Below the pieces are notes generated by a model. The model was not told the DNA's origin. It searched no databases and was given only the letters and a program-made list of their open reading frames with translations. The translations under genes and the position numbers were made by a program. A stretch of DNA of 63,806 nucleotides, filler included, from Octopus bimaculoides (Eukaryota): NCBI RefSeq assembly GCF_001194135.2. It is 5 parts of 4 records of this genome, joined end to end, with 100 filler letters (N's around TTAATTAATTAA, not from the genome) between each part and the next. Parts side by side here need not be neighbours in the genome. Positions count along the whole stretch, not along the records: positions 61,370 to 63,806 come from NW_026398903.1; 4 more parts are not named here. One strand, 5' to 3'. Position 1 is the first letter of the stretch. Each line of letters begins with the position of its first letter. Shown piece after piece: positions 63,655 through 63,806 of the stretch.

Positions 63655-63806
63655 GTGTTTCCAGACTTTTTGAGGATGGCTATGTCAAGGTACCCAGTGA
63701 TTCTTGAGGGACGCCCCACCCCCACCCCACCAAGTGTCACAGGTGCCTTGAATCTGGCCATTTGAAAAAGAACTGCCCCCAAGACCAAAGCAGAGTCCTG
63801 GAGCAG
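63655..63806 (+). pseudogene. Gag-like CCHC zinc knuckle remnant (probably a LINE ORF1, L1/Tx1-like), running off the window
   Basis: 63735-63779 encodes CHRCLESGHLKKNCP (CX2CX4HX4C), preceded in a shifted frame by PVILEGRP. Confidence 0.65.

Overview
Eukaryotic, AT-rich, gapped draft-assembly DNA made almost entirely of repeats. The SINE families and microsatellite load point to an octopus-like cephalopod (inference). No intact host gene, rRNA, functional tRNA or CRISPR array is supportable. Contents: (1) five decayed Penelope-like elements (PLEs; Penelope/Poseidon-, Naiad- and Neptune-type); (2) about 11 fragments from four R4/Dong-type RLE LINE subfamilies, nearly all bordered by (TAA)n-type arrays, one of them near full length at 31.3-35.4 kb; (3) a CRE-type LINE, a Gypsy integrase end with PPT and LTR start, hAT and Tigger fossils, Helitron ends; (4) more than 20 tRNA-derived SINE copies from four families. 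The main signal that the ORF track does not show is a set of minimal type-I hammerhead ribozyme (HHR) motifs with palindromic stem III, found by reading. One is apparently intact (44589-44640), one sits in the tail of a tRNA-headed SINE (24937-24982), and two sit in a 150-170 bp non-coding element whose copies both carry a CUGUYGA core variant. Also unexplained: an AT-rich diverged tandem array (45.7-48.2 kb), several inverted repeats, and three CpG-rich exon-like islands at 55-61 kb. All structures and alignments were done by eye; no searches or folding programs were run.
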